A stretch of 64,000 nt of DNA from an uncultured Candidatus Saccharibacteria bacterium (GTDB lineage: Bacteria > Patescibacteriota > Minisyncoccia > Phycocordibacterales > UBA12088), in contig CAYPKR010000001.1 in the NCBI GenBank assembly GCA_964411375.1, forward strand, positions 104,227 through 168,226, written 5' to 3'. The translations under genes were made by a program, and so were the position numbers. The notes below the pieces were generated by a model, which was not told where the DNA came from, ran no database searches, and saw only the letters and a program-made list of their open reading frames with translations. Of this stretch, positions 46,383 through 55,898 are shown one piece after another. Within the stretch, counting starts at the first letter, position 1; the number at the start of each line of letters is the position of its first letter.

Positions 46383-47912
46383 CTATCTTGCGAGTTCAAC
46401 TACTCTCGATTCGCGGATGACGACAATCTTGATTTCACCTGGATATTTAAGCTCTTGCTCAATCTTTAGGGCGATACCTCTTGCGAGATCTCGTGCTTCC
46501 ATATCAGATACATTTTCTGGCTTCACGAATACACGTACTTCGCGACCTGCGGCAATCGCGTACGACTTCTCGATGCCGGGGAAGGAATTGGCAATTGCTT
46601 CGAGATCCTGGAGTCGCTTGATGTAGTTTTCAACCGAATCGCGACGAGCACCTGGTCGTCCACCAGAAATTGCGTCCGCTACCTGCACGATAACTGATTC
46701 GATCGTGTCGTATGGATATTCTTCGTGGTGCGCGCGCATCGCATGAATCACTGCGTCACTTGCGCCAAATTTCTGAAGAATTCGGATACCAATCTCGACG
46801 TGTGAACCTTGGACTTCGTGGTCGACTGCTTTTCCGATGTCGTGAACGAGTGCCCCAGCTTTTGCGACCGCGACGTCTGCGTTCAGTTCAGATGCAAGCA
46901 TGCCGGCGATATGAGCCATTTCAACCGAGTGCTGAAGCACATTTTGTCCGTAACTCGTGCGGAAGTAGAGGCGACCAAGAACAGCGAGAATGCGTGGATC
47001 GAGATTCAAAACTCCTGCTTCGTATGCTGCCTGTTCTCCCTTTTCTTTGATTATCTTTCCGATTTCTTCTTCTGCCTTTCGTGCCATCTCTTCAATCTTT
47101 GCCGGTTGAATGCGACCATCCATAATAAGATTTTCAAGTGCAATTCGTGCAATCTGGCGACGAACGGGATCAAATGACGAAAGGGTAATCGTTCCGGGTG
47201 TATCGTCGATAATTACTTCAACACCCGTTGCGCGTTCAAACGCTTTGATGTTTCGTCCTTCCTTGCCGATGATTTTTCCTTTGATTTCGTCGGATGGAAT
47301 CGTCATCGTTGACGTGAGCACGTCTTGCGAAACAGAGTTGCCGAGACGGTGGATGATGGTCGTCAAAATTTCTTGCGCTTTCTTTTCAAGCTTTTCGCGA
47401 CCCGTATTTTCGAGTTTGCGCATGCGCACGAGAAGATCTTCCTCCTCTTCGCGCTCGATTCGATGCATGAGTTCATTCTTCGCATCTTCTACCGAAAGTT
47501 TTGCGATTCGCTCGAGCTCCTTCATCTGTTCTTCGCCGGCTTTCTCGATACGGTCCTTGACGGCCTTTACTTCCTCAATCTTTTTCTTGATATGCTCGAC
47601 TTCTTTATCGATATCAGTTTGGCGCGAATCAAGAAGCTCCTCCTTACGAATGAGGCGCTGTTCTGACTGCTTTAAGCTATCTTCCTTTTCTTTAAGCTCA
47701 CCGAGGCGTGCTTTTGCAGCAGCTTCGCCTTTCTTTTCGGCTTCGTCGGTAATTTTTTTCGCATCCTCTTTCGCGTCGAGGAGCATTTGCTTCACTTCGA
47801 GTTCGATCGAGCCTTTTTTCCCGAGAGATACGATCCATCGAAGAAAATAGCCGAACACAGCACCGCCAAGGCTTGCGAGCCCGAGGAGCGCTAATAAGAT
47901 TTTTAATGACAT
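46383..47912 (-). CDS. rny: Ribonuclease Y
   Basis: N-terminal TM, coiled coil, KH domain and HD domain (HSVEMAHIAG..LVHDIGK). 509 aa. Confidence 0.9.
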   Translation of the reverse strand: MSLKILLALLGLASLGGAVFGYFLRWIVSLGKKGSIELEVKQMLLDAKEDAKKITDEAEKKGEAAAKARLGELKEKEDSLKQSEQRLIRKEELLDSRQTDIDKEVEHIKKKIEEVKAVKDRIEKAGEEQMKELERIAKLSVEDAKNELMHRIEREEEEDLLVRMRKLENTGREKLEKKAQEILTTIIHRLGNSVSQDVLTSTMTIPSDEIKGKIIGKEGRNIKAFERATGVEVIIDDTPGTITLSSFDPVRRQIARIALENLIMDGRIQPAKIEEMARKAEEEIGKIIKEKGEQAAYEAGVLNLDPRILAVLGRLYFRTSYGQNVLQHSVEMAHIAGMLASELNADVAVAKAGALVHDIGKAVDHEVQGSHVEIGIRILQKFGASDAVIHAMRAHHEEYPYDTIESVIVQVADAISGGRPGARRDSVENYIKRLQDLEAIANSFPGIEKSYAIAAGREVRVFVKPENVSDMEARDLARGIALKIEQELKYPGEIKIVVIRESRVVELAR

Positions 47913-48137
47913 GGCAGTCGGACCAGCCGACTTCCGCCGCTACTTCACGTGGGAAGAGAAAGTATTATTCTTCAAACAAAGTCCGCGTTTCTGAAGCATA
48001 CGTCAGTCGGTATCGTCTATTACAAAAGTGTAAATAAGGGTTTCAAGCACCTACTTGCCGCTCGGAAATAAGAGTTCAGTCGGAGGACAAAAGGACACCA
48101 TCACGGTACCAGTTTTTAGTGGGTTTGTACAATATAA

Positions 48138-48174
48138 CCGGCGCGGGCCATAGTATTTCTTTGGCCCGCGCCGG
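48138..48174 (-). terminator. Terminator hairpin downstream of clpP (ccggcgcgggcca..tggcccgcgccgg, 13-bp stem)
   Basis: Read directly. Confidence 0.6.
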
Positions 48175-48198
48175 ATTCCCTCATTTTTCAGTTTGCGA

Positions 48199-48786
48199 TT
48201 ACTTCTTCGACTTGTAGATTTCGTCGATGATGCCGTACTTCTTGGCTTCTTCTGCATCCATAAAGAAGTCGCGTTCGACGTCTTTCTCAATTCGGGCAAC
48301 GGTCTGTCCCGTTGCTTTTGCGAGGAATTTATTGAGTCGCTCCCGAGTCTTCAAGATGTGGCGAGCGCTGATTTCGATATCGGTTGCCTGTCCTTCTGCG
48401 CCGCCGAGTGGCTGATGGATCATGACTTCGGCGTTTGGAAGTGCAAATCGTTTACCTTTCTGTCCATTCGCAAGAAGAATCGCGCCGCCAGAAGCCGCGA
48501 GTCCGACACATACGGTCGCAACGTCTGGCTTTACGTAGTTCATCGTGTCGACCAGTGCGAGAGTCGAAGTCACCGAACCACCGGGGCTATTTATATAGAG
48601 GAAAATATCTTTCTTCGGATCTTCGCTTTCGAGGAAGAGAAGTTGGGCGATAACAAGGTTTGCAGAAACATCATCAATTGGGCCGCCGAGAAAGACAATC
48701 CGTTCGCGAAGAAGGCGCGAATAAATATCGTATGCGCGCTCGCCGAATGATGATTTTTCGATAACCGTTGGTACAAGATATGACAT
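48199..48786 (-). CDS. clpP: ATP-dependent Clp protease proteolytic subunit
   Basis: 195 aa with the ClpP catalytic Ser/His region ([16 protein letters not shown]). Confidence 0.95.
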   Translation of the reverse strand: MSYLVPTVIEKSSFGERAYDIYSRLLRERIVFLGGPIDDVSANLVIAQLLFLESEDPKKDIFLYINSPGGSVTSTLALVDTMNYVKPDVATVCVGLAASGGAILLANGQKGKRFALPNAEVMIHQPLGGAEGQATDIEISARHILKTRERLNKFLAKATGQTVARIEKDVERDFFMDAEEAKKYGIIDEIYKSKK

Positions 48787-48890
48787 ATAGGTTGGATTAG
48801 CTGATAGTTCGTTGCTGAGTAGCAGGGAATATCGGCTAGAGTGTATCAGAAAATAGTGAGCCCCGGAAGACCGGGGCTCGAAACTACAAC

Positions 48891-49547
48891 TTATGAATGA
48901 AGAACAGGGAGCAAGCGATAGAATTTGTGATGACCGATGGTCGTGGTGTACTCGGTGTTCGGCCAGTTTGGTTTTCCCACGGAGTCTCCGTGGTAGAACG
49001 TCGCGCCATACGTTAGGTCATGGAGCGTACCCATCCTGAGTTCATCAAGCATTTGATATGCGAGATCGAGGGATGCACGCCATGCGTTGGCATCACGAGG
49101 CTTGTCAGACTTGCCGTCGCACCACCATGACATGTCGCAGAACTTTTTGCGCTCTATTCCATCAGTAATGACGGTATAAATTGAACCGGCAAATCCTTTA
49201 GTGAGTACGCGGTTCAAAACCACATTCACCACCGCACGCTGACCGTTTACCGATTCTCCTCGAGCCTCGTGGTAAATCTGAAGCGCGAGTATGCGTACCG
49301 TCTTCCCGAACTCGTCGTCGTTCATCGCGATCGGGATTGTTGGATAGGACGGAAACTCGATTTCTCCATCCGCAGGCGGAGCATATATTCTATGCATTAC
49401 ATATGCACCGATGACAGTGCCGATGAGTAGCATAATCACGTATATGCGAATGGTTCGCCAAAGTCTTGAAAGACTCCGTATAATCCAACCCCTAAGCGCA
49501 ACACCAAGTCGCGAAAGGGGGTTTGAGATGATTGCACGTCCGCGCAT
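48891..49547 (-). CDS. Cell wall hydrolase SleB/CwlJ family (Hydrolase_2 domain) with N-terminal membrane anchor
   Basis: [29 protein letters not shown].. motif. 218 aa. Confidence 0.7.
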   Translation of the reverse strand: MRGRAIISNPLSRLGVALRGWIIRSLSRLWRTIRIYVIMLLIGTVIGAYVMHRIYAPPADGEIEFPSYPTIPIAMNDDEFGKTVRILALQIYHEARGESVNGQRAVVNVVLNRVLTKGFAGSIYTVITDGIERKKFCDMSWWCDGKSDKPRDANAWRASLDLAYQMLDELRMGTLHDLTYGATFYHGDSVGKPNWPNTEYTTTIGHHKFYRLLPVLHS

Positions 49548-49579
49548 TTGCGCTACTCCTTGTGGGGCAAACTATAAAA

Positions 49580-49607
49580 ACTATACAGTAATTTATAAAT
49601 ATGTCAA
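49580..49607 (-). promoter_or_regulatory. Near-consensus sigma70 promoter (TTGACA -16 nt- TATAGT) for the SleB-like hydrolase gene
   Basis: Read on the minus strand: ttgaca tatttataaattactg tatagt. Confidence 0.6.
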
Positions 49608-49635
49608 TATTTTGGGGATAGAAAGTAAAAAGAAT

Positions 49636-49661
49636 ATAGGCGCGCCGACAGGCGCGCCTAT
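49636..49661 (-). terminator. Terminator hairpin (ataggcgcgcc gaca ggcgcgcctat) downstream of the 194-aa gene
   Basis: Read directly. A T-rich run follows on the minus strand. Confidence 0.55.
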
Positions 49662-49663
49662 TC

Positions 49664-50248
49664 TCATGTCTTTCCTCCAATCGCTACCTTCGGCCTAAGT
49701 ATTTTAACCACGTCATCTTCTACTATCGGCGGCGGTTCATACGCGAGCAGCTGCTGTTCTGGAAAGAGCGAGTCGATCACCCTCCGTAACTCCTCGATGA
49801 TAACGAGGGAACTATCCGTCCGAGGGAGCCAGCGCTTTCCATGAAATAGTTTGAAAGCCGGACTTTTCCAGTACTTGAAGATAATTGCCACTAGCATCTG
49901 GTGTTTTTCACAAGAACCTCCAATCTCTCCGCCCAGCCTCTCAGGGCATGGGACTTTGATCTCGTAGGTAATATGGATTTGGTACCCTTGGACTAGCTGA
50001 TCATATTCGTCCCGCATCGGTTCAATCTTTTCCGATATATTGAACGATGTGGGGCGCAGTTGGACCGGTAACGCAGCTCCTCTACGCAATGCGCGCCGAA
50101 ATTCGGTATGGAGATGGGCTTCCAAGTTTCGCACATGCAATATCGCCTGTCTCCCCATCCGATAGCGCGTGCTGGTGAAAAAATCACCTCCCTTAAAGTA
50201 GAGAAAAAAGAAAACCCCAAAAAGGATTGCTACCCATAACAAATCCAT
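49664..50248 (-). CDS. Hypothetical N-terminally membrane-anchored protein containing an RNxxxH (HEPN-like) motif
   Basis: TM LLWVAILFGVFFFLYF. Motif RNLEAHLH. 194 aa. Confidence 0.4.
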   Translation of the reverse strand: MDLLWVAILFGVFFFLYFKGGDFFTSTRYRMGRQAILHVRNLEAHLHTEFRRALRRGAALPVQLRPTSFNISEKIEPMRDEYDQLVQGYQIHITYEIKVPCPERLGGEIGGSCEKHQMLVAIIFKYWKSPAFKLFHGKRWLPRTDSSLVIIEELRRVIDSLFPEQQLLAYEPPPIVEDDVVKILRPKVAIGGKT

Positions 50249-50336
50249 GGTCGTTACTCCACGCTATGCTCCCAGAGAGCAACATCTCTGACTTAGTGAT
50301 ACAACCTTCCGGAGAAAAGTCAAAGCAGTCGGGAGA

Positions 50337-50711
50337 CTATTGCATCACCCCGAGGAAATATCCTTTGGTGAGGAAGGCAACAAGCGCGCCCGCGAGTACC
50401 GCGGCGGCGAAGTATCCAAAGCTTTTGAGTGAGCGTACTCCCGCAAGTTCTTTTGCGACGAGTCCGACGAGTGGAGCGAGGATTACATACGGTGCAGCAG
50501 TCGTGATTCCGCCGAATGCGCCCATACTCGCACTAGATCCAGTAATCGAGAGGAGATCGCTCGCAAGTTTCGAGCCATAGGTAATAACTTCCTTCCAGCC
50601 GATAAAGATCATCAGGCCGGCGACAAAACCAAACGCGAGGTTGATAAGGATCGAGAGGAGATTGGTGCCGGATTCTGGTTGACCGAATCCAGCCATGTTC
50701 ATTGGTGGCAT
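50337..50711 (-). CDS. Small polytopic membrane protein (3-4 TM)
   Basis: 124 aa, hydrophobic. Holin-like size and topology; this is inference. Confidence 0.4.
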   Translation of the reverse strand: MPPMNMAGFGQPESGTNLLSILINLAFGFVAGLMIFIGWKEVITYGSKLASDLLSITGSSASMGAFGGITTAAPYVILAPLVGLVAKELAGVRSLKSFGYFAAAVLAGALVAFLTKGYFLGVMQ

Positions 50712-50750
50712 ATGGAAATAGTATAGCGCCGAACGAGCGTTTTAAAATCC

Positions 50751-51293
50751 TCAATTTGAGTCAACACTACTGTATTTTTTGACCACCTTCTGGATTTCAT
50801 CGGAGTTTCCGCTTTCAATCGCTAGCCTAAATTCTTCATTTCGTTGAACCGCTTGAGAAGCTTTAACCATAGCTTGATCGTCTAAAATCACTGTTCCCAT
50901 ACTCACTAAACCTTCTAACTCTGCTTCAAAATCAACTAATGACATTTTCCCGACAAGGTCATGTAAAACCCCGTTTCTTTTCTCCCTGTACGTATGGAGC
51001 TTAGTTTTTAAACCAGGATCAATCACTCCAACCTTTACTAGGTATTCGATAATTTCAAAAAGATTTTGCCGCAACAACCTTTCCTTCACAACCGTAATTT
51101 GTTTCGGCTCGTCTAGGCTCGATTTTTGACTTGGATGAGTTATGACTTTGAATATCACCGTTTGAAAAAAATCATCCTCAATAAGTTGTTTTAGAAGACT
51201 TTCAATAAAGGCACTTTGGAGCAAAAAAGCTTCAAGAAATTGTTTCTTTAAGTTAGAACCTTGAATATTATTTATCACATCCTGCCTCTTCAT
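50751..51293 (-). CDS. Hypothetical alpha-helical protein with RNxxxH (HEPN-like Rx4-6H) motif
   Basis: ..YREKRNGVLHDLV.. motif. 180 aa, no TM. Confidence 0.4.
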   Translation of the reverse strand: MKRQDVINNIQGSNLKKQFLEAFLLQSAFIESLLKQLIEDDFFQTVIFKVITHPSQKSSLDEPKQITVVKERLLRQNLFEIIEYLVKVGVIDPGLKTKLHTYREKRNGVLHDLVGKMSLVDFEAELEGLVSMGTVILDDQAMVKASQAVQRNEEFRLAIESGNSDEIQKVVKKYSSVDSN

Positions 51294-51319
51294 TTCATTT
51301 TTCTCATAACAAAGGCTTC

Positions 51320-52432
51320 TTATTCAGAAGCCTTTGTGTCGGTTGATTCAGTTTTTCCTTCCAGCATTTCAAACACTTTTTCGTTTCGCATCATCGTCTC
51401 GACGTACATGCGGATCGAATCAGGATTTGCTTCTTTGTAGTGCTCAAGTACGTGTGCGACATCGCGGCTGACTCTCTGCTCCTCAAGGAGTACGTCCTCC
51501 TTATTCGCAATTGCGTTCAATATAAGTTGAAGCTTTGCGCGCTTCTCGGCTTCTGGCTTCCATTCGGTCCGAATATCTTCCGGCGTTTTCTTGATCGAAA
51601 GGAAGTATTGGTCTGGATCAAGTCCCATGCGCTCGATCTCGCTTTTGAATTCGCCCATCATCTTATCGAGTTCGGCATCGCGGAGAATCCCGGGAAGGGG
51701 AATCATCGTCTTCTCGACGAGCGCTTCGACGATGGCGAGGCGCTTTTTCTCCTTTTCTTTCTGCATCTTTTCGCCCATCATATTGTTTTCGAGCGCAGTG
51801 CGAAGGTCAGCGACCGTTTTGAACTCGCCGAGTTTCTGAACGAATTCGTCGGTTACTTCGGGAAGCTCGGATTCAGGGATATCGTCGCCCTCGTGCGCTT
51901 CGTGCGGAATATCTTTTCCGTCCGCATGATATTTTTCAAAATGCGCCATGCGCTTGCGGATGCCGAGGATCGCATCATCGATTTCTTTTGCTTCGACCTT
52001 GAAATCTGTTTTGGTGAATGGCTTTCGCGCTTTTTCGGCGATTGTCTTGTAGTCGGGGAGTTCAAACTTTGGAAGAACCGCCGTCTTTGCGGCGAATTCA
52101 ATCGGATTATCCTTGGCGAGCTTGGTTATGGAGATATGTGGTCGACCAATGACATCAATCTCGTTGTCGAGAACGATTGCAGGGTAGGCATCCGCGATGG
52201 CGCGCTCCGCCATTTCTTCAAGCACAGTCATCTCCCCAACATGCTTTACAAGCACGTCTTCAGGAATATGACCTTTCCGAAAGCCATCAATGTTTACGTA
52301 TTCGCCAAGCTTTTTTACCGCCGCATTTCGGTGCTTCTCAAAGATTGCCGAGGGAATCGTGCCACGGATCTCAAGCTCGGAATCCGCGAGTGGGGTAATC
52401 GTTACGTTTTCGTATAGAGTTTCTTTGTTCAT
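51320..52432 (-). CDS. tig: Trigger factor (short form)
   Basis: N-terminal ribosome-binding domain signature (..GFRKGHIPEDVL..) and a PPIase-like middle region. 370 aa. Near clpP. Confidence 0.8.
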   Translation of the reverse strand: MNKETLYENVTITPLADSELEIRGTIPSAIFEKHRNAAVKKLGEYVNIDGFRKGHIPEDVLVKHVGEMTVLEEMAERAIADAYPAIVLDNEIDVIGRPHISITKLAKDNPIEFAAKTAVLPKFELPDYKTIAEKARKPFTKTDFKVEAKEIDDAILGIRKRMAHFEKYHADGKDIPHEAHEGDDIPESELPEVTDEFVQKLGEFKTVADLRTALENNMMGEKMQKEKEKKRLAIVEALVEKTMIPLPGILRDAELDKMMGEFKSEIERMGLDPDQYFLSIKKTPEDIRTEWKPEAEKRAKLQLILNAIANKEDVLLEEQRVSRDVAHVLEHYKEANPDSIRMYVETMMRNEKVFEMLEGKTESTDTKASE

Positions 52433-52508
52433 GCGATTCGACTATACCGGAAACTCCCGCGCTCGTCTATGACGAGCGCGGGAGTTTGGTCGGCTTTTTC
52501 GTATTGAA

Positions 52509-52877
52509 TTATTGGCTCGAAGAGCTACCGAAATTGGTATCAACGGTGCCGGAGAGATCAGTATCAACATCAACTGCTGCAGAGTTAAGATCATCGCTAA
52601 TCGCATTTGGATCGTCAGACGATCCGGTCGTCTGCGTTGTCTGTGTTGTTGTGGTTGCAACCATTTCTTCCGTTGGTGCTTTCGGCTGTAGTTGCATCAT
52701 GAAGTAGTAGATACCGCCGAGCGCAAGTATTGCGATGATGACAATAATGCCGATCATTGCACCGATGCCTGATTTTGCTGGAGCGGGTGTTACGGTTGCC
52801 TTCGGCATGACATTTGTTGTCGGAGTTGGGGTAGGAGCCGGTGTTGGTTGTGGAGTTGTGTTTGGATTTTGATCCAT
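52509..52877 (-). CDS. Small single-TM protein with Pro/Thr-rich N-terminus
   Basis: 122 aa with TM IGAMIGIIVIIAILALGGIYYFMM. Confidence 0.4.
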   Translation of the reverse strand: MDQNPNTTPQPTPAPTPTPTTNVMPKATVTPAPAKSGIGAMIGIIVIIAILALGGIYYFMMQLQPKAPTEEMVATTTTQTTQTTGSSDDPNAISDDLNSAAVDVDTDLSGTVDTNFGSSSSQ

Positions 52878-52905
52878 GAAAACATTTTAGATGTTAATTG
52901 ATTTT

Positions 52906-53874
52906 TTATTCAGCTGGGTTTTCGCCGTCTGCTCCGTGATCTTCGCCTTCGTTGTTTTGTGGGGGAGTAGTAGTTATTTCTCCGTCAGTTTTTTTGAGAG
53001 AATCAACTGCTTTGCGGAGTGCATCATATCCCGCCTTAATATCTACCTTTACCTTATTGACGCTGTCCTGCACTTTTGCAAAATCATCGCGTGGATTTTC
53101 AGAATTGATGACCGTGTTCAGATTGGTTACGACTGTCTGGAGATCGGTCGTTGCGGCACTGAGCGCACCTTTTGCATCACCGAGAGAATTTGTAGCGTCG
53201 GTTACATCAGCTCCTGCTGTAGCAAGTTTATCGACGCGTGACTGAACTCGATCGGCAATTTTCTTCAAGTTGTCGATAGCATCTCCGAGTCGCTTAGTGA
53301 CATTCTTCACATCGATCATCACTTTTTCTTTCACGCGATCTTTTGTGCTCGTTGAGGTTTCTTTCCACTGTTTCTTCCATTCATCGCGAATCTTAAGTGG
53401 CGGACGAGGAGTGGTGCTTCCGGTCGCATTCAACAATTTTTCGCGCATTTCCATCTCTCGCTTCAACAGCATATCAAGCGGTGGGCGTCCCATTGTCGTT
53501 GAGCCCATTTTTCCTTGAGAGCAAGGTGAAGGTGTTCCTTCCGTTGTTGCCGCACATGGAGCCATTCCTTCGTGACCTGGAGTCGATGAACCATTCTTTC
53601 GCATCTCTTCCATCATGCGAATCTTGGTCGAAGTCGAGAGATCTCCTTTCGGCATCATTGGCTTATCTCCATTTATTGGAGTACTGGATGCAACTCCCGG
53701 ACGCTTCAAAGGAAGATTGGTTGGGGTTGACTTGCCCTCGGTATTCATCTTGGGAGGAGTTGGTGGAGGTGGAGGAACGTCCATTCCGTCTTGTGCGAGA
53801 GCGACAAGAGCGCCGGATGCGAAGAGGAGTGAACCTACGACTAATCCGGTAGTTGAAGCGCGAAATAATGCCAT
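52906..53874 (-). CDS. Secreted hypothetical protein with coiled-coil C-terminal region
   Basis: Signal peptide MALFRASTTGLVVGSLLFASGALVALAQDG. 322 aa. Confidence 0.45.
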   Translation of the reverse strand: MALFRASTTGLVVGSLLFASGALVALAQDGMDVPPPPPTPPKMNTEGKSTPTNLPLKRPGVASSTPINGDKPMMPKGDLSTSTKIRMMEEMRKNGSSTPGHEGMAPCAATTEGTPSPCSQGKMGSTTMGRPPLDMLLKREMEMREKLLNATGSTTPRPPLKIRDEWKKQWKETSTSTKDRVKEKVMIDVKNVTKRLGDAIDNLKKIADRVQSRVDKLATAGADVTDATNSLGDAKGALSAATTDLQTVVTNLNTVINSENPRDDFAKVQDSVNKVKVDIKAGYDALRKAVDSLKKTDGEITTTPPQNNEGEDHGADGENPAE

Positions 53875-54003
53875 GATCTAGATTTTTTATTACTGACAAT
53901 AATCATCAGAGCGCTCTCGGGGATCGAAGAGGGCAGATGTTCCTAGTATATACAAAGGGCGGAGCCTTTGGCGCCGCCCTTTGTTGATAACCTAAAGGTT
54001 ATC

Positions 54004-54528
54004 TTATTTAGCAAATTTCTCCTGGTAGAGCTTCAGTCCCTTTTTGAAGTCTTCCTTTGCGCCTGCTGCGTCTCGGAATCCTTTCACCTCGACGACCTTA
54101 TTTTGGATCTTCTTGTAGGTTCCGAAGAAGTGTTCGATCTCCTTGAGGGTGTGCTTGTTGATATCAGAGAGATCCTTAACATCATCCCAGCGTGGATCAT
54201 CAGCTGGAACGCCGATTATCTTGTTGTCGCCTTCATCTGAATCAACCATATCCATGACTGCGATAGGGCGAATGCGTACCAAGATACCTGTCTGGAGAGG
54301 GTAGGTGGTGAGGACAAGTGCGTCGAGCGCGTCATTGTCTTCCCAGAAGGTTTGCGGAATGAAGCCGTAATCAAATGGGTAATCCTGGGAGGTGTGCATC
54401 GCGCGATCGAGTGCGATCATGCCGGTCTCCTTATCAATCTCATACTTATTCTTTGATCCCTTTGGGATTTCGATGACGACGTTAATTTCGTCAGGTGTTC
54501 CCGGGGCGATATCGTGCCAATAGTTCAT
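54004..54528 (-). CDS. ppa: Inorganic pyrophosphatase (family I)
   Basis: 174 aa with the DGDPLDVLV-like motif (DNDALDALV). Confidence 0.9.
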   Translation of the reverse strand: MNYWHDIAPGTPDEINVVIEIPKGSKNKYEIDKETGMIALDRAMHTSQDYPFDYGFIPQTFWEDNDALDALVLTTYPLQTGILVRIRPIAVMDMVDSDEGDNKIIGVPADDPRWDDVKDLSDINKHTLKEIEHFFGTYKKIQNKVVEVKGFRDAAGAKEDFKKGLKLYQEKFAK

Positions 54529-54568
54529 ATACGTAGTGTAAATGAGTTAGTAAGAGATTGATAGGGGA

Positions 54569-55774
54569 TTACTCTGTTTCAGAAGTAGTTTCTTCCGAAG
54601 TCTCCGCTCCAGTTTCAGCGCTATCAGTTGAAGCACCTTCTACAGTTTCACCGCGGGCAGAGTGGATATCGATCTTCCAGCCAGTGAGCTTTGCGGCAAG
54701 GCGTACATTTTGTCCGGCTTTGCCGATTGCAAGGGACTGCTGATCTTCAGATACTTCAACGAGCGCGCGATGTGCGGCTTCGTCAATTTTGACGCCAAGT
54801 ACTTTTGCAGGAGAGAGTGCTTCCTCGACAAACTGTTTCGGATCTTCTGACCATTCAATAATATCTATTTTTTCGCCGCCGAGCTCGCTCATAACGGTTG
54901 AAACGCGAACACCCCTTTGTCCGACGAGGGAACCAACGGGATCGATGTGAGAATCGCTCGATGCAACGGCAATCTTTGAGCGCGATCCTGGCTCGCGGGC
55001 GATTGCTTTCGTGATGACGGCACCAGACACGAGTTCAGGTGCTTCGAGTTCAAACAATTTCTCAAGGAATCGTGGGTGTGAACGAGAAAGACGGAGGAAT
55101 ACGCCGCGCGGACCTTCTTCGACATTGTAGAGATAGGCACGAAGCCGCTCACCTTGACGGAATCGCTCTCCAGGGATCTGTTCGTCATAGGGAAGGATAC
55201 CCGTTGCGCGACCGAGATCGACATATATATTGCCGCGTTCGATGCGCTGGACGGAACCGTTTACAATATCGCCTTCGCGCTCGCCGAATTCATTCAAGAC
55301 TGATACCTTTTCTGCTTCGCGGATTTTCTGGATGATCACCTGCTTTGCGGTTTGTGCGGCAATACGACCGAAGTCATCTTGTGGTTCGAGAGGGAAGACA
55401 ATTTCGTCATCGAGTTCAGCGCCCTTCTTCATGCGGCGCGCGTCTTCGATCAAAATGTGGTGTTCTGGGTTAAATCGAACGCGATCATCGTCTTCTGCCG
55501 GTTCCTCATCTTCCATATATACGAGTGAGGAATCAACAACCTTTTTCGCCTGATAGAATTCAGTTGCACCGGTTCCGATATCAAATTTTGCACGCACAAT
55601 CTGCCCGCGCTTGCCATATTCCTTGCGGTACGCGGTTGCGAGCGACTGCTCAATCGCTTCGAGCACTTTTTCACGTGGAATACCACGCTCTTCTTCGAGT
55701 TGGTCGAGGACTGAATTGATTACTTTAAGGTCGAACATACTGTTTTTTGCTTTTTTAATAAAACTGCCCGCCAA
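54569..55774 (-). CDS. nusA: Transcription termination/antitermination factor NusA
   Basis: N-terminal domain, S1 domain, two KH domains and an acidic C-terminal tail. 401 aa. Confidence 0.9.
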   Translation of the reverse strand: MAGSFIKKAKNSMFDLKVINSVLDQLEEERGIPREKVLEAIEQSLATAYRKEYGKRGQIVRAKFDIGTGATEFYQAKKVVDSSLVYMEDEEPAEDDDRVRFNPEHHILIEDARRMKKGAELDDEIVFPLEPQDDFGRIAAQTAKQVIIQKIREAEKVSVLNEFGEREGDIVNGSVQRIERGNIYVDLGRATGILPYDEQIPGERFRQGERLRAYLYNVEEGPRGVFLRLSRSHPRFLEKLFELEAPELVSGAVITKAIAREPGSRSKIAVASSDSHIDPVGSLVGQRGVRVSTVMSELGGEKIDIIEWSEDPKQFVEEALSPAKVLGVKIDEAAHRALVEVSEDQQSLAIGKAGQNVRLAAKLTGWKIDIHSARGETVEGASTDSAETGAETSEETTSETE

Positions 55775-55872
55775 AGGGCGGACAGTTCAGATGCAAATAT
55801 CCTACCGTACACTCATTTTTTGTCAAATACGGAAAAACGAGACGATATGTTGAAAAAGAAACAGCGTTCCTT

Positions 55873-55881
55873 TGCTATACT
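55873..55881 (+). promoter_or_regulatory. Extended -10 promoter element (TGcTATACT) upstream of pilB
   Basis: Read directly, 18 nt upstream of the pilB ATG. A TTGAAA lies 20 nt upstream. Confidence 0.4.
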
Positions 55882-55898
55882 AATAGAAATATTTTTGC

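Noticed and set aside
51440-52417. 325-aa plus-strand ORF antisense to tig; likewise 47110-47850 antisense to rny and 18773-19312 antisense to the lipoprotein gene
   Set aside because: These are antisense to confidently identified genes. They have Phe/Leu/Arg-skewed composition, no RBS, and no motifs.
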